Shown piece after piece: positions 29,577-38,318 of a stretch of DNA of 54,279 nt (its first letter is position 1; each line of letters starts with the position of its first letter). Under the pieces are notes generated by a model. It saw nothing but the letters and a program-made list of their open reading frames with translations, searched no databases and was not told the origin of the DNA. Source of the DNA: Flavobacteriales bacterium (GTDB lineage: Bacteria; Bacteroidota; Bacteroidia; Flavobacteriales_F; PHOS-HE28); contig JANOPI010000208.1 of assembly GCA_031421755.1 (NCBI GenBank), positions 1 through 54,279 of the forward strand. The letters are read 5' to 3'. Both the position numbers and the translations under genes were made by a program.

Positions 29577-31114
29577 TCCGGCTTGCTGATATGAGCGACC
29601 CACGGAAGTCCAGCGGAACAGATAACGAGAACGGGCTGCCAAGGCGGCGGATCGCGGCGTGGTCATCGTCAGGTGTGATGCTTGTCTCCGCGCTAGTGGT
29701 CGTTGTAAGTTGTGTGAGGCTGGCTTCGGGCCGCTCCTTCACACATGACGAGAGCCTGACGTGGCTGTCTTACGTCCACCTGCCGTTCGGTGATCTGATC
29801 GCCCATAAAGAGACCTACACGAACAATCATATGCTGAACAGCATATTGATGAAATGGTCCGAGGCGGCTTTCGGCAGCGGCGAATTGGCGCTGCGCCTCC
29901 CGAATCTTCTCGGCCTGTTGATCTTCCTGGTTTATGGGGCTTTGCTCTTCCGGCAGTTCGGCCATGTGATTGGTACCCTCACCTACATCTGTTTATGCTA
30001 CACCGCCGGTGTGATGGAGTTCTTCTCCTTGGCGCGCGGGTATGGATTGTCTTTCGGATTCATCTTCATGGCGCAATTCCATGCGGGCCGTTCACTGGTC
30101 ACCGCCGGTCCGCGACATGCGCTATTGACGCATGCCGCCCTCGTGCTGGCCGTTCTCAGCAGTTTCGTTGTGCTCCAGTACGCTGTGGCGCTGGTAGTGG
30201 TCATTCCGCTGGTGGTGCGCTTGCTGCCAGAGCAGGCAGTTGCTGCACCCGCTGTTCTGAAGCGTGCCGTTCGGATTCATGGGATGTTGTTGCCCCTGAC
30301 GGTCCTCGCGCTTTGGGAGCCAGTGCGCCGGGTTGTACATGAGAACGAATTCGAATTCGGTCGGGATGGTTTTCTGGACGGCACATTCAGTTCCCTCGCT
30401 TACGCCGCCTTTCCATCGAGGCATATTACCAGTGTGGACGTGTACCGCCTCTGGTTCTTCTTCCTATTCACCACGGCTCTTGCCGTGGCGTATTTTCTGG
30501 TGCAGCGGTTTGGCCGGAACAGGAGCGCCCATGGGGATCAGCCGGAAAGGATCCAGTCCATGTTGGCGTGGGGCGTACTTCCCGGAGCCATGGTCGTCAT
30601 GGGAATGCAGCATACGATACTGGGAACACCTTATCCTGAGGCCCGATTCTGCATGTTCTTGTTGCCGCTCTTTATCGTTTGCATGGGCGCATTGGGTGCG
30701 ATCGCCGCGCGGAACGGTCTTTTTTGGCCTGCTTGCGCCTTGCTGGCGTGGGCTTCCTTCTCGTCGGTGCGGACGTTCATCGAGCGAACCAACATGCGCA
30801 CGAGCATTGAATGGCAATATGACATGGACACGAAGTCCATCATGGAAGCGGTCGGGGGTGATTTGACGAAACAGCGGCACGCGCTTGGGACGGCGACCAT
30901 AGGGCACCCTTGGCTGCTGATGCCCACGGTCGATTACTACCGCAGGACACATCGGTTGCACAGCTTGCGCCCCGCCCACCGCAATGGTCCGGCGTGGACG
31001 GAGGACTACCTGGTACTGGCGGATTCTATGTTGGCCGGGTTCGACAGCTCGTGCTATGTGGGCATGGGCCACTACCCGAACGCCGGGCTGTGGCTGTACC
31101 GCAAAGGGCAGTAG
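29573..31114 (+). CDS. Polytopic membrane protein, GT-C fold glycosyltransferase-like (GT39/ArnT-like).
   Basis: About 12 hydrophobic segments and a DE motif in the first extracytoplasmic loop (FTHDESLTW). It shares an ATGA overlap with the GH3 stop. The family call is tentative. Confidence 0.5.
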   Translation: MIRLADMSDPRKSSGTDNENGLPRRRIAAWSSSGVMLVSALVVVVSCVRLASGRSFTHDESLTWLSYVHLPFGDLIAHKETYTNNHMLNSILMKWSEAAFGSGELALRLPNLLGLLIFLVYGALLFRQFGHVIGTLTYICLCYTAGVMEFFSLARGYGLSFGFIFMAQFHAGRSLVTAGPRHALLTHAALVLAVLSSFVVLQYAVALVVVIPLVVRLLPEQAVAAPAVLKRAVRIHGMLLPLTVLALWEPVRRVVHENEFEFGRDGFLDGTFSSLAYAAFPSRHITSVDVYRLWFFFLFTTALAVAYFLVQRFGRNRSAHGDQPERIQSMLAWGVLPGAMVVMGMQHTILGTPYPEARFCMFLLPLFIVCMGALGAIAARNGLFWPACALLAWASFSSVRTFIERTNMRTSIEWQYDMDTKSIMEAVGGDLTKQRHALGTATIGHPWLLMPTVDYYRRTHRLHSLRPAHRNGPAWTEDYLVLADSMLAGFDSSCYVGMGHYPNAGLWLYRKGQ

Positions 31115-31168
31115 GTGCGCGGAAGAACGGAGATGCACAACCGGAAGGTTCGCACCTTCGCGCCACGA

Positions 31169-32179
31169 ATGAGAGCCGTTGTCGGGACCGACCAAGAACG
31201 TGCGCTGGAGCTGCTGCGTGCGGGGGAACCGGTGGCCATTCCCACGGAAACGGTCTATGGCCTCGCTGCGAACGCATACGAAGCGGAGGCGGTGCTGGGG
31301 ATCTTCCAGGCGAAGAATCGCCCATCGTTCGATCCGCTCATCGTTCATGTGCGTGATCGTTCACAGGTGGATGAGGTCGCCCGTACAATACCAAAGGAGG
31401 CGGAGGCGCTTCTGGAAAAGTTCTGGCCCGGCCCGCTCACGCTCGTGCTGCCGAAGCAGCCTCGCATTCCCGACATCGTCACCAGCGGTTTGGACACGGT
31501 CGGCGTACGCATGCCCGCCCACCCGATCACGTTGGCGCTGTTGCGCGCATTGGACTTTCCGCTCGCCGCACCCAGCGCGAACCCCTTCGGCTACGTGAGC
31601 CCGACCACTGCGCAGCACGTGGCCGACCAGCTCGGCGAAAAGATCCCGTACATCCTGGATGGTGGTCCATGCGTCGTCGGTGTGGAAAGCACGATCATCG
31701 GTTGGGAGCCCTGTGAGGTGTCACCCCGAGCGCAGTCGAGGGGCACTGCACATCACACCTCCAACTGGGTCCTCTACCGTGCTGGCGGAATTCCCATGGA
31801 GGCCATCGAGGCGGTGATCGGTCCTCTGGCACTCGCCCCCCTCTCCTCGGGAGAAGGTGTGGGGGTGAGGTCGCCCGGCATGATCGAAAGTCATTACGCG
31901 CCGCGCAAGTCGCTATTTGTCGGTGATGTGCCTGCGCTATTGCTGGAACATGCAGGAAAGCGCTGTGCGGTCATCGCGTTCAGTTCGCGTTACGACGCAT
32001 GGCGTTGCGAAACGCTCTCTCCTTCCAAGGATCTCAGTGAAGCCGCACGCCATCTTTTCGCAGCCATCCGCACCTGCGACGCGAGCGATCCGGACGTGAT
32101 CCTCGCCGAGGTTTTCCCGTACGAAGGGCTGGGCCGGGCCATCAACGACCGGTTGAGGCGGGCGTCGGCGAAGCGGTGA
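31169..32179 (+). CDS. L-threonylcarbamoyladenylate synthase (Sua5/YwlC-type, long form).
   Basis: PTETVYGLAANA, KNRPSFDPLIVHV, FWPGPLTLVL, SANPFGYVSPT and a C-terminal Sua5 domain (HYAPR). The ORF is open from 31115, but M at 31169 fits the family N-terminus better. Confidence 0.85.
   Translation: MRAVVGTDQERALELLRAGEPVAIPTETVYGLAANAYEAEAVLGIFQAKNRPSFDPLIVHVRDRSQVDEVARTIPKEAEALLEKFWPGPLTLVLPKQPRIPDIVTSGLDTVGVRMPAHPITLALLRALDFPLAAPSANPFGYVSPTTAQHVADQLGEKIPYILDGGPCVVGVESTIIGWEPCEVSPRAQSRGTAHHTSNWVLYRAGGIPMEAIEAVIGPLALAPLSSGEGVGVRSPGMIESHYAPRKSLFVGDVPALLLEHAGKRCAVIAFSSRYDAWRCETLSPSKDLSEAARHLFAAIRTCDASDPDVILAEVFPYEGLGRAINDRLRRASAKR
31715..31761 (+). repeat. Nested-palindrome element (family 4), in-frame inside the Sua5 gene.
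   Basis: In GAGGTGTcaCCCCGAgcgcagTCGAGGGGcactgcacatcACACCTC the outer 7-bp arms are perfect and the inner arms imperfect. It encodes EVSPRAQSRGTAHHTS. Confidence 0.6.
31836..31870 (+). repeat. Family-1 element, in-frame inside the Sua5 gene.
   Basis: CCCCCCTCTCCTCGGGAGAAGGTGTGGGGGTGAGG encodes APLSSGEGVGVR. Confidence 0.75.
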
Positions 32180-32803
32180 TCACCCCTTCGCCAGCACCCG
32201 CTTCCTCACCGTGCTCAAGAACTCCGGCGTCATACCGAGGTAGCTCGCGATGTGCTTCTGCGCCACGCGGCCATCGAGCGAGGGGTACAGTTTGCGGAAC
32301 TCGGCGTAGCGCTCTTCGGCGGTCTTGCTCAAGGAGCTCAGCGTTCGCCGCTGCTGCGCCACGAAGGCATTGGTGATGAGGATACGGAAGAAGCGCTCGA
32401 ACTTCGGTATACGTTCGAACAACAGGTCCTGCGAAGGCTTGTCGATCGCGAGCGCCACGGTGTCTTCAAGCGCCTCGATGATGAGTTGGCTCGGAGCGTT
32501 CTTCAACATGCTGCTCATGTTGCCCGTCCACCAGTCCTCCGGAGCGAATTGCAGGATGTGCTCTTTGCCGTCTTCCGCCACGAGGTAGGTGCGCAGGCAG
32601 CCGCTCACCACGAAGTACTGGTACTTGCTCACGTCGCCGACCTGCAGCACGCATTCATTCTTCACCACGCGTTTGGCGCGAAGCAGGCCGCGCCATAAGC
32701 GCTGCTCGTCTTCCGAAAGGGCGATGTGCTTGCTGATGTTGGCCAGGATGGCGGCGAATTCAGCGTCAGTGGGGTTGGTCATTGGTGCCAAGTTCGGCAC
32801 CAA
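32180..32803 (-). CDS. Crp/Fnr-family transcriptional regulator.
   Basis: An N-terminal cNMP-binding beta-barrel plus a C-terminal HTH (QKHIASYLGMTPEFLSTVRKR). Confidence 0.85.
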   Translation of the reverse strand: MVPNLAPMTNPTDAEFAAILANISKHIALSEDEQRLWRGLLRAKRVVKNECVLQVGDVSKYQYFVVSGCLRTYLVAEDGKEHILQFAPEDWWTGNMSSMLKNAPSQLIIEALEDTVALAIDKPSQDLLFERIPKFERFFRILITNAFVAQQRRTLSSLSKTAEERYAEFRKLYPSLDGRVAQKHIASYLGMTPEFLSTVRKRVLAKG

Positions 32804-32813
32804 ATGGCATAGG

Positions 32814-33896
32814 TCAATGCCGCACGTTGTTCCAGCTGCGTTTTATCGGGGCCAAGATGCGTTGCCAGAAACTGGGTCGTGGATGTTGATAGGACACCAC
32901 AAGACCACCTACGAGGGTTCGGCTTAGCCGCTCCCGTTCGATCACGAAGGGTGTCAGGTCCACCGTAGTGATGGGTTCAATGGGCGCGGTCGTGGTCGGC
33001 TCGAACTTGATCGGTGCGTAGAACGGCGTGCCTTTCGGCGGGAGGGGCAGGGCCATATCGCCGCTACCCGGCACATGGATATCCAGGATCAGCTCCTCGC
33101 CGACCATTTCCTCCGGAACCTGCAGGCCGAAATAGCCGCGGTCGTTGCAACGGACACGCACATTAGTTCCACGCAGTTGGACGATCGCTTCGGGCAGCAT
33201 ATTCCCGTTGCGCACGTCCTCTACGAAGCCAGCGATCCCGAGCGGACCTTCTCCTTCGCGGGGATCACTTGTCGAAACGTTCTCATGGTGGTCCGCTGGC
33301 AGGTCGGCAGCTACTGCCGCACTATCGATCCCCGTGGGATCATCCGCAAGACCAACCTCGCCTTTCACCAGCTCTTCCAAGCGGATGGAAACGTTCCCCA
33401 GTTCAATACGCTGAATGATCGGGTCCGGCTCTTGGAAGACCGCAGCCACAGTATCGCCCGTGATCGTGTTACACTTCTGAACGGTGTCTATCGGCGGCGG
33501 CACAAAGATCATTTTGCCGGTCACCAAGGGCGGAGGCGGTGCGGGTTGAGCGATCGCGGGTTCGCCCAGCATCACGGGTTTCGCGACGGGACCGCCTTGG
33601 GCCATGGTCTCATTGCCCGCGGCCACCGCTACGAGTGAAGTGAACGCAGCGAAAGGCAACGCGCGCGTAGGCCGGGGTTCGGCTGCGCCCAGGGCACGGT
33701 CCAGTTGCTTGGGGTCGAAGCGCGCGCACTTCGGTTTCGTCTCGCTGGTGAAGAGCGCGACCAATTGCGCATCCGTGGCGGTGGTGAGGTCAGCGACCAC
33801 ATGGTCGCACTGCGCGCAGTGGCGTCCCTGCTCGCGCGGGGACATGGCGCTCCAATCCTCGTGGCAGGGTTTGGGTACACTGATCGTGATCTTCAT
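32814..33896 (-). CDS. Hypothetical protein with an N-terminal Cys motif (CHEDW...HCAQCDHVV) and a C-terminal carboxypeptidase-regulatory-like beta-sandwich.
   Basis: The start is set at MKITISVPKPCHEDW (ATG complement at 33896-33894), not the ORF-track start at 34067. GFVEDVRNGNMLPEAIVQLRGTN..V.CNDRGYF resembles CarboxypepD_reg. It lies 10 nt upstream of the Crp gene. Confidence 0.55.
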   Translation of the reverse strand: MKITISVPKPCHEDWSAMSPREQGRHCAQCDHVVADLTTATDAQLVALFTSETKPKCARFDPKQLDRALGAAEPRPTRALPFAAFTSLVAVAAGNETMAQGGPVAKPVMLGEPAIAQPAPPPPLVTGKMIFVPPPIDTVQKCNTITGDTVAAVFQEPDPIIQRIELGNVSIRLEELVKGEVGLADDPTGIDSAAVAADLPADHHENVSTSDPREGEGPLGIAGFVEDVRNGNMLPEAIVQLRGTNVRVRCNDRGYFGLQVPEEMVGEELILDIHVPGSGDMALPLPPKGTPFYAPIKFEPTTTAPIEPITTVDLTPFVIERERLSRTLVGGLVVSYQHPRPSFWQRILAPIKRSWNNVRH

Positions 33897-34082
33897 GAAT
33901 GGCGAGGAATCTTCGACGTAGCCATCTGTAATCGTGGGACGGCATGTGCGCGGGCTGTTGGTTGAATGATGCGGTAACGGCACCGAATACATGATCGGTA
34001 CACACCACCGGGCCATGCGTTCACGTTGGATCACGGGTCCGAAGAGCGATCTTCGCCGCCCCTTCACCTGGGGTCATCGTTC

Positions 34083-35276
34083 ATGAAACGCATCGCGCTC
34101 CTCGGTTCTACCGGCTCCATCGGTACGCAGGCCTTGCAGGTGGTGCGTGAGCAGAAGGAGCACTTCGAAGTGGAACTGCTCGTGGCCGGAAGCAACGCCG
34201 ACCTGCTCATCGCCCAAGCGAAGGAGTTCAGCCCCAACGCGGTGGTGATCGGTGACAAGGCGAAGTACGCCGGGGTGCGGGACGCGCTTCAGCCGCTTGA
34301 CATCAAGGTGTTCGCCGGACCGGAGAGCATCGAGCAGGCCGTTGCGATGGACGGCATCGACACCGTGCTCACGGCGATGGTCGGCTACGCGGGCCTGCGT
34401 CCGACGATCGCCGCCATCAACGCGGGCAAGAACATCGCCTTGGCCAACAAGGAAACGCTGGTGGTGGCGGGCGAGATCATCACCCGGTTGGCGCGGGAAA
34501 AGCAGGTGAACATCTACCCGGTGGACAGCGAGCACAGCGCCATATTCCAATGCCTGGCGGGGGAGTGGGAGAACCCGATCGAGAAGGTCGTCCTTACGGC
34601 CAGCGGCGGTCCGTTCCGGGGGAAGACGCTTGCGGAACTGGTGAAGGTGACAGCCGCACAGGCGCTTAAGCATCCGAACTGGGACATGGGTGCCAAAGTG
34701 ACGATCGACAGCGCGAGCCTGATGAACAAGGGGCTCGAGGCCATCGAGGCGAAATGGCTCTTCCATTTGAAACCCGAACAGGTGGAGATCGTGGTGCATC
34801 CGCAGAGCATCATCCACAGCATGGTCCAGTTCCGCGACGGCAGCATGAAAGCCCAGATGGGCCTGCCGGACATGAAGTTGCCGATCCAGTATGCCTTGGC
34901 CTATCCGCATCGACTGGCCACCGATTGGCCACGACTTGTGCTCGGTTCCCCCTCTCCCTTGGGGAGGGCCGCGGTGGGGTCGCTCACCTTCGAGGCACCG
35001 GATGTGGCCACCTTCCAGAATCTGCGCTTGGCTTTGGAAGCCATGGAACGTGGTGGGAACCTGCCATGTGTGCTGAACGCGGCCAACGAAGTGGCCGTGG
35101 CATCGTTCCTGAAGGGGGCCATTGGATTCATCCAAATGAGTGACCTCATCGCCGAACGGCTGGCAAAGGCCACCTTTGTGCCTCATCCAACGTTGGAAGA
35201 CCTCGAAGCCACTGACGCGGAAACGCGGCGGATGGCCCAGAACTGGAAACCGAACCCTGCGAAATGGACCTCTTGA
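34083..35276 (+). CDS. dxr: 1-deoxy-D-xylulose-5-phosphate reductoisomerase.
   Basis: MKRIALLGSTGSIGTQAL (NADPH site), LANKE, DSEHSAIFQC and NKGLE blocks. The ATG at 34083 is preferred over the ORF-track start at 34026. Confidence 0.95.
   Translation: MKRIALLGSTGSIGTQALQVVREQKEHFEVELLVAGSNADLLIAQAKEFSPNAVVIGDKAKYAGVRDALQPLDIKVFAGPESIEQAVAMDGIDTVLTAMVGYAGLRPTIAAINAGKNIALANKETLVVAGEIITRLAREKQVNIYPVDSEHSAIFQCLAGEWENPIEKVVLTASGGPFRGKTLAELVKVTAAQALKHPNWDMGAKVTIDSASLMNKGLEAIEAKWLFHLKPEQVEIVVHPQSIIHSMVQFRDGSMKAQMGLPDMKLPIQYALAYPHRLATDWPRLVLGSPSPLGRAAVGSLTFEAPDVATFQNLRLALEAMERGGNLPCVLNAANEVAVASFLKGAIGFIQMSDLIAERLAKATFVPHPTLEDLEATDAETRRMAQNWKPNPAKWTS
34948..34980 (+). repeat. Family-1 element, in-frame inside dxr.
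   Basis: CCCCTCTCCCTTGGGGAGGGCCGCGGTGGGGT encodes SPSPLGRAAVG. Confidence 0.75.
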
Positions 35277-36601
35277 TCTACCTCGGCCAGCTGCTGCTCG
35301 GCCTGTCCATTCTCGTGGCCTTGCACGAGTTCGGTCACTTCCTGCCGGCGAAGCTCTTCGGCATGCGCGTGGAGAAATTCTTCCTGTTTTTCGATGCGCC
35401 CTACGCGCTGGTGAAGAAGAAGATCGGCGACACGGTCTACGGCATCGGCTCCTTGCCGTTCGGCGGGTATGTGAAGATCAGCGGAATGATCGACGAGAGC
35501 TTGGACAAGGAGCAGAAGGAGCGCATGGCGAAGCCGCCGGAGCCCTGGGAGTTCCGCGCCAAGCCCGTGTGGCAACGCTTGATCGTAATGGTCGGCGGTG
35601 TTACGGTGAATGTGCTGCTGGGCTTCGCCATTTACAGCATGGTACTGTACGTGTGGGGTCGGGAGTACCTGCCCTTGGCGAACGCGACCTATGGCGTTAC
35701 CCCGAGCCTCATCATGGAGCAGCAAGGATTCCGGAGCGGGGACAAGATCCTGGGTGTTGAGGGCCACGAAGTGCAAACTCTCGAAGACGTCTCCTTGGCG
35801 ATCCTGATCAAGGGAGCACAGACCATTTCTGTGGAACGCGACGGAGTGAAGAAGGACATCGTATTGAGTGATGATGTCGCCGAGCGGATCCTGGACACCA
35901 AAGAGAAGATGCTCTTCATTCCGCGGTTCCCCTTCGTGGTGGATAGTGTGATGTCGGGGAGCGGTGCGGAGGACATCGGCAGTTTCCGCCCTGGGGACCG
36001 GGTAATGGCGGTGGATGGGCAGCCAGCGGCGTACTTCTCGGATTTCCAGTTGGCTATCAAAGGCAAAGAGGCTCGACAGGTGGACGTTACCGTGCAGCGT
36101 GAAGGCCATTTGGTAGTGGTGCCCGTTCAATTGAGTGAAGCGGGAACCGTGGGCCTCTATAGCAGGTCGGCGGATACCTACCTGCAGACCGAGACGAAAG
36201 AATACGGCTTGCTGGCGAGCATCCCGGCCGGGATCAAATTCGGCTGGCAACGGATGAAGGACAATGTTTCCTCCTTCCGCTTGCTCGGGACCAAAAGCGG
36301 GATCAAGCAGATGGGGGGCTTGGGCAGTATGGCCAAAGCCTACGGTTCGAAGTGGATCTGGTCGCGATTCTGGGAGATGACGGCTTTCCTGAGCATGGCG
36401 CTCGCCTTCCTGAACATCTTGCCGATTCCCGCTCTGGACGGGGGCCACGTGGTTTTCCTCTTGTATGAATGGGTAGCCAGGCGCCCCGCCCCTGCTAAAG
36501 TGATGGAGTACGCCCAGATGGCCGGCATGGTGTTCCTGCTAACGGTGATCATCGCAGTGAATGGGCACGATATATTCAAGATGATCACGGGGCAGCTCTG
36601 A
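35264..36601 (+). CDS. rseP: RIP (site-2) zinc metalloprotease RseP, M50 family.
   Basis: HEFGH at the N-terminus, a PDZ-like middle region and NILPIPALDGGH near the C-terminus. It overlaps dxr by 13 nt, matching the conserved dxr-rseP synteny. Confidence 0.9.
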   Translation: MDLLIYLGQLLLGLSILVALHEFGHFLPAKLFGMRVEKFFLFFDAPYALVKKKIGDTVYGIGSLPFGGYVKISGMIDESLDKEQKERMAKPPEPWEFRAKPVWQRLIVMVGGVTVNVLLGFAIYSMVLYVWGREYLPLANATYGVTPSLIMEQQGFRSGDKILGVEGHEVQTLEDVSLAILIKGAQTISVERDGVKKDIVLSDDVAERILDTKEKMLFIPRFPFVVDSVMSGSGAEDIGSFRPGDRVMAVDGQPAAYFSDFQLAIKGKEARQVDVTVQREGHLVVVPVQLSEAGTVGLYSRSADTYLQTETKEYGLLASIPAGIKFGWQRMKDNVSSFRLLGTKSGIKQMGGLGSMAKAYGSKWIWSRFWEMTAFLSMALAFLNILPIPALDGGHVVFLLYEWVARRPAPAKVMEYAQMAGMVFLLTVIIAVNGHDIFKMITGQL

Positions 36602-36616
36602 GTGAGCCGGATGGTT

Positions 36617-36669
36617 GTCTTATGTCTCATGTCCAATGCGGCTCAGGCATAGGACATGGATCATAAGAC
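36617..36669 (+). terminator. Two-tier stem-loop downstream of rseP, a possible intrinsic terminator.
   Basis: GTCTTATG-tct-CATGTCC-(17-nt loop)-GGACATG-gat-CATAAGAC begins 16 nt after the rseP stop. It has no clear U-tract. Confidence 0.35.
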
Positions 36670-36750
36670 AGTCATAACGTCAGCGATACCCACGTAGACT
36701 GAACATCTTCCCGCGAAGCGTCGTAGGAACGGGCAACCGAACCGTTCGCC

Positions 36751-37110
36751 ATGCCCCGCGTGATCCTGATCGAAGACGATGCCTTGGTACGCACACTGCT
36801 GATGCGCCGCATGCTGGCCGCTGGCTGGAGCGTGACCGCACTGCGCGATGGGCGGGACCTGGACAAGGTCGTTTCTGATGAAAAGCCGGACCTTCTGGTG
36901 GTGGATCTCGGACTACCGTATGTGGATGGATTCGCGCTCGTAGAAGCTCTGCGGGCGAGCGGCGTTCGCACCCCCGTGCTGGTGATCAGTGCGTACGAGC
37001 TGCCCCACTTGCACGAGGCCGCCAAGAACAGTGGAGCGGATGATGTGCTACAGAAGCCATTCGACCAGGAGGAACTGATCGAGCGCATGGGCCGCTTGAT
37101 CGCCGCTTGA
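36751..37110 (+). CDS. Stand-alone response-regulator receiver (CheY-like).
   Basis: 119 aa with REC signature residues (IEDD, VVDLGLP, VISA, QKPF) and no output domain. Confidence 0.85.
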   Translation: MPRVILIEDDALVRTLLMRRMLAAGWSVTALRDGRDLDKVVSDEKPDLLVVDLGLPYVDGFALVEALRASGVRTPVLVISAYELPHLHEAAKNSGADDVLQKPFDQEELIERMGRLIAA

Positions 37111-37218
37111 TGCGGTGAGCCTCATCCGCGTTTTTCCTTATGATGGAGTGACATCACTGCGTTCACGTATTCTGGTTCCCGTGGTCATCGTGCGCGCATT
37201 CGCAACGATCTTCGGGCC

Positions 37219-38250
37219 GTGTACTTCACACACGACGTGATCATTATCGGCCAAGGGCTGGCCGGCACAGTGCTGTCAGAAGTCCTCGCAGCCCGAGGCA
37301 AGCGCGTGGTGATCTACGATGTGCCGAAGGAGGGCCGTGCCTCGCATGTGGCCGCTGGCCTTGTGAATCCCATCGTGATGCGACGCACCATCCCCAGCTG
37401 GCGGGCGTCGGAAATGCTGGCCATCGCCGGAGCGTTCTACAGGGAGCTCGAGCAGCGGTACGACACGCGCTTCTGGAACCCGACCGAGCTGATCGCCCTG
37501 TTCCCCACAGCCAAAGAGGCGGGCATCTGGCGTTTGCGCATGAAGGATCCGGAAACCGCGCGCATGCTTGGGGAGGGTCCCGTGGGTGATCCCGCGTTGG
37601 CGGACCTGCCCGCGCCGTACGGGTATGGGTTGGTGAAACGCTGCGCGTGGCTCGATGTACGCAATTTGTTACTGGCCCATCGGGAGCGCTGGATCGGGAA
37701 CGGAACCTTGATCGAGAAGGAGGTGGGCGCTGCGGATGTGAGGCCGGACCACCACGGTGGGGTCCAGGTGCATGAGAGTTCGGCGCCGCTGCTTGTGCGG
37801 TGCGAAGGCCCGCGCGCAGAAGGCGGCTTTCTCGTGCCTGTGCGTGGAGAAGGACTGACCGTGCGGATCGAAGGGTTGCGGTTGAAGAACCCCGTGCATC
37901 GCGGCGTTTTCATTTTGCCCGTGGGAGATGACCGCTATCGTGTCGGTTCCACCTTCGCGTGGGACAATGTGTGGAGCGGACCAACGGAGGAGGCACGCCG
38001 TTGGTTGCTGGACAAGTTGGATCGCATCGTATCACGACCCGTGGTGGTGGAAGAACAGTGGGCGGGAGTTCGCCCCGCTTCACGTGATCGTCGCCCGGTG
38101 CTGGGCCGGATCGGCGCGCAGGAAGCCATCATGAATGGGCTCGGTGCGCGCGGGGTACTGCTGGCACCCTGGAGTGCCCAGCATCTTGCTGCACACTTGT
38201 TCGATGCTTCCCCATTGGATCCGGAAGTGGACGTGCATCGCTTCGGATAG
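37219..38250 (+). CDS. FAD-dependent oxidoreductase (DAO-like).
   Basis: N-terminal Rossmann motif DVIIIGQGLAGTVLS, GTG start, 343 aa. Confidence 0.75.
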   Translation: MYFTHDVIIIGQGLAGTVLSEVLAARGKRVVIYDVPKEGRASHVAAGLVNPIVMRRTIPSWRASEMLAIAGAFYRELEQRYDTRFWNPTELIALFPTAKEAGIWRLRMKDPETARMLGEGPVGDPALADLPAPYGYGLVKRCAWLDVRNLLLAHRERWIGNGTLIEKEVGAADVRPDHHGGVQVHESSAPLLVRCEGPRAEGGFLVPVRGEGLTVRIEGLRLKNPVHRGVFILPVGDDRYRVGSTFAWDNVWSGPTEEARRWLLDKLDRIVSRPVVVEEQWAGVRPASRDRRPVLGRIGAQEAIMNGLGARGVLLAPWSAQHLAAHLFDASPLDPEVDVHRFG

Positions 38251-38318
38251 AACGGCGCTTTCCTTTTTCCGGTCGTTCGAACGGCCCACCCGCGCACCTT
38301 TGTCGCCGCCAATCAACC

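Noticed and set aside
29568-29582. A 15-nt perfect palindrome, GCCGGATGATCCGGC, centred on the GH3-stop/next-gene-start ATGA overlap.
   Set aside because: It is too short, and its 1-nt centre cannot form a stable hairpin. It could be chance in GC-rich sequence. I have no second copy to support a binding-site interpretation.
35183-36448. A 421-aa minus-strand ORF, with a related one at 34074..35186 (370 aa).
   Set aside because: Both are antisense to rseP and dxr, which are identified by catalytic motifs.
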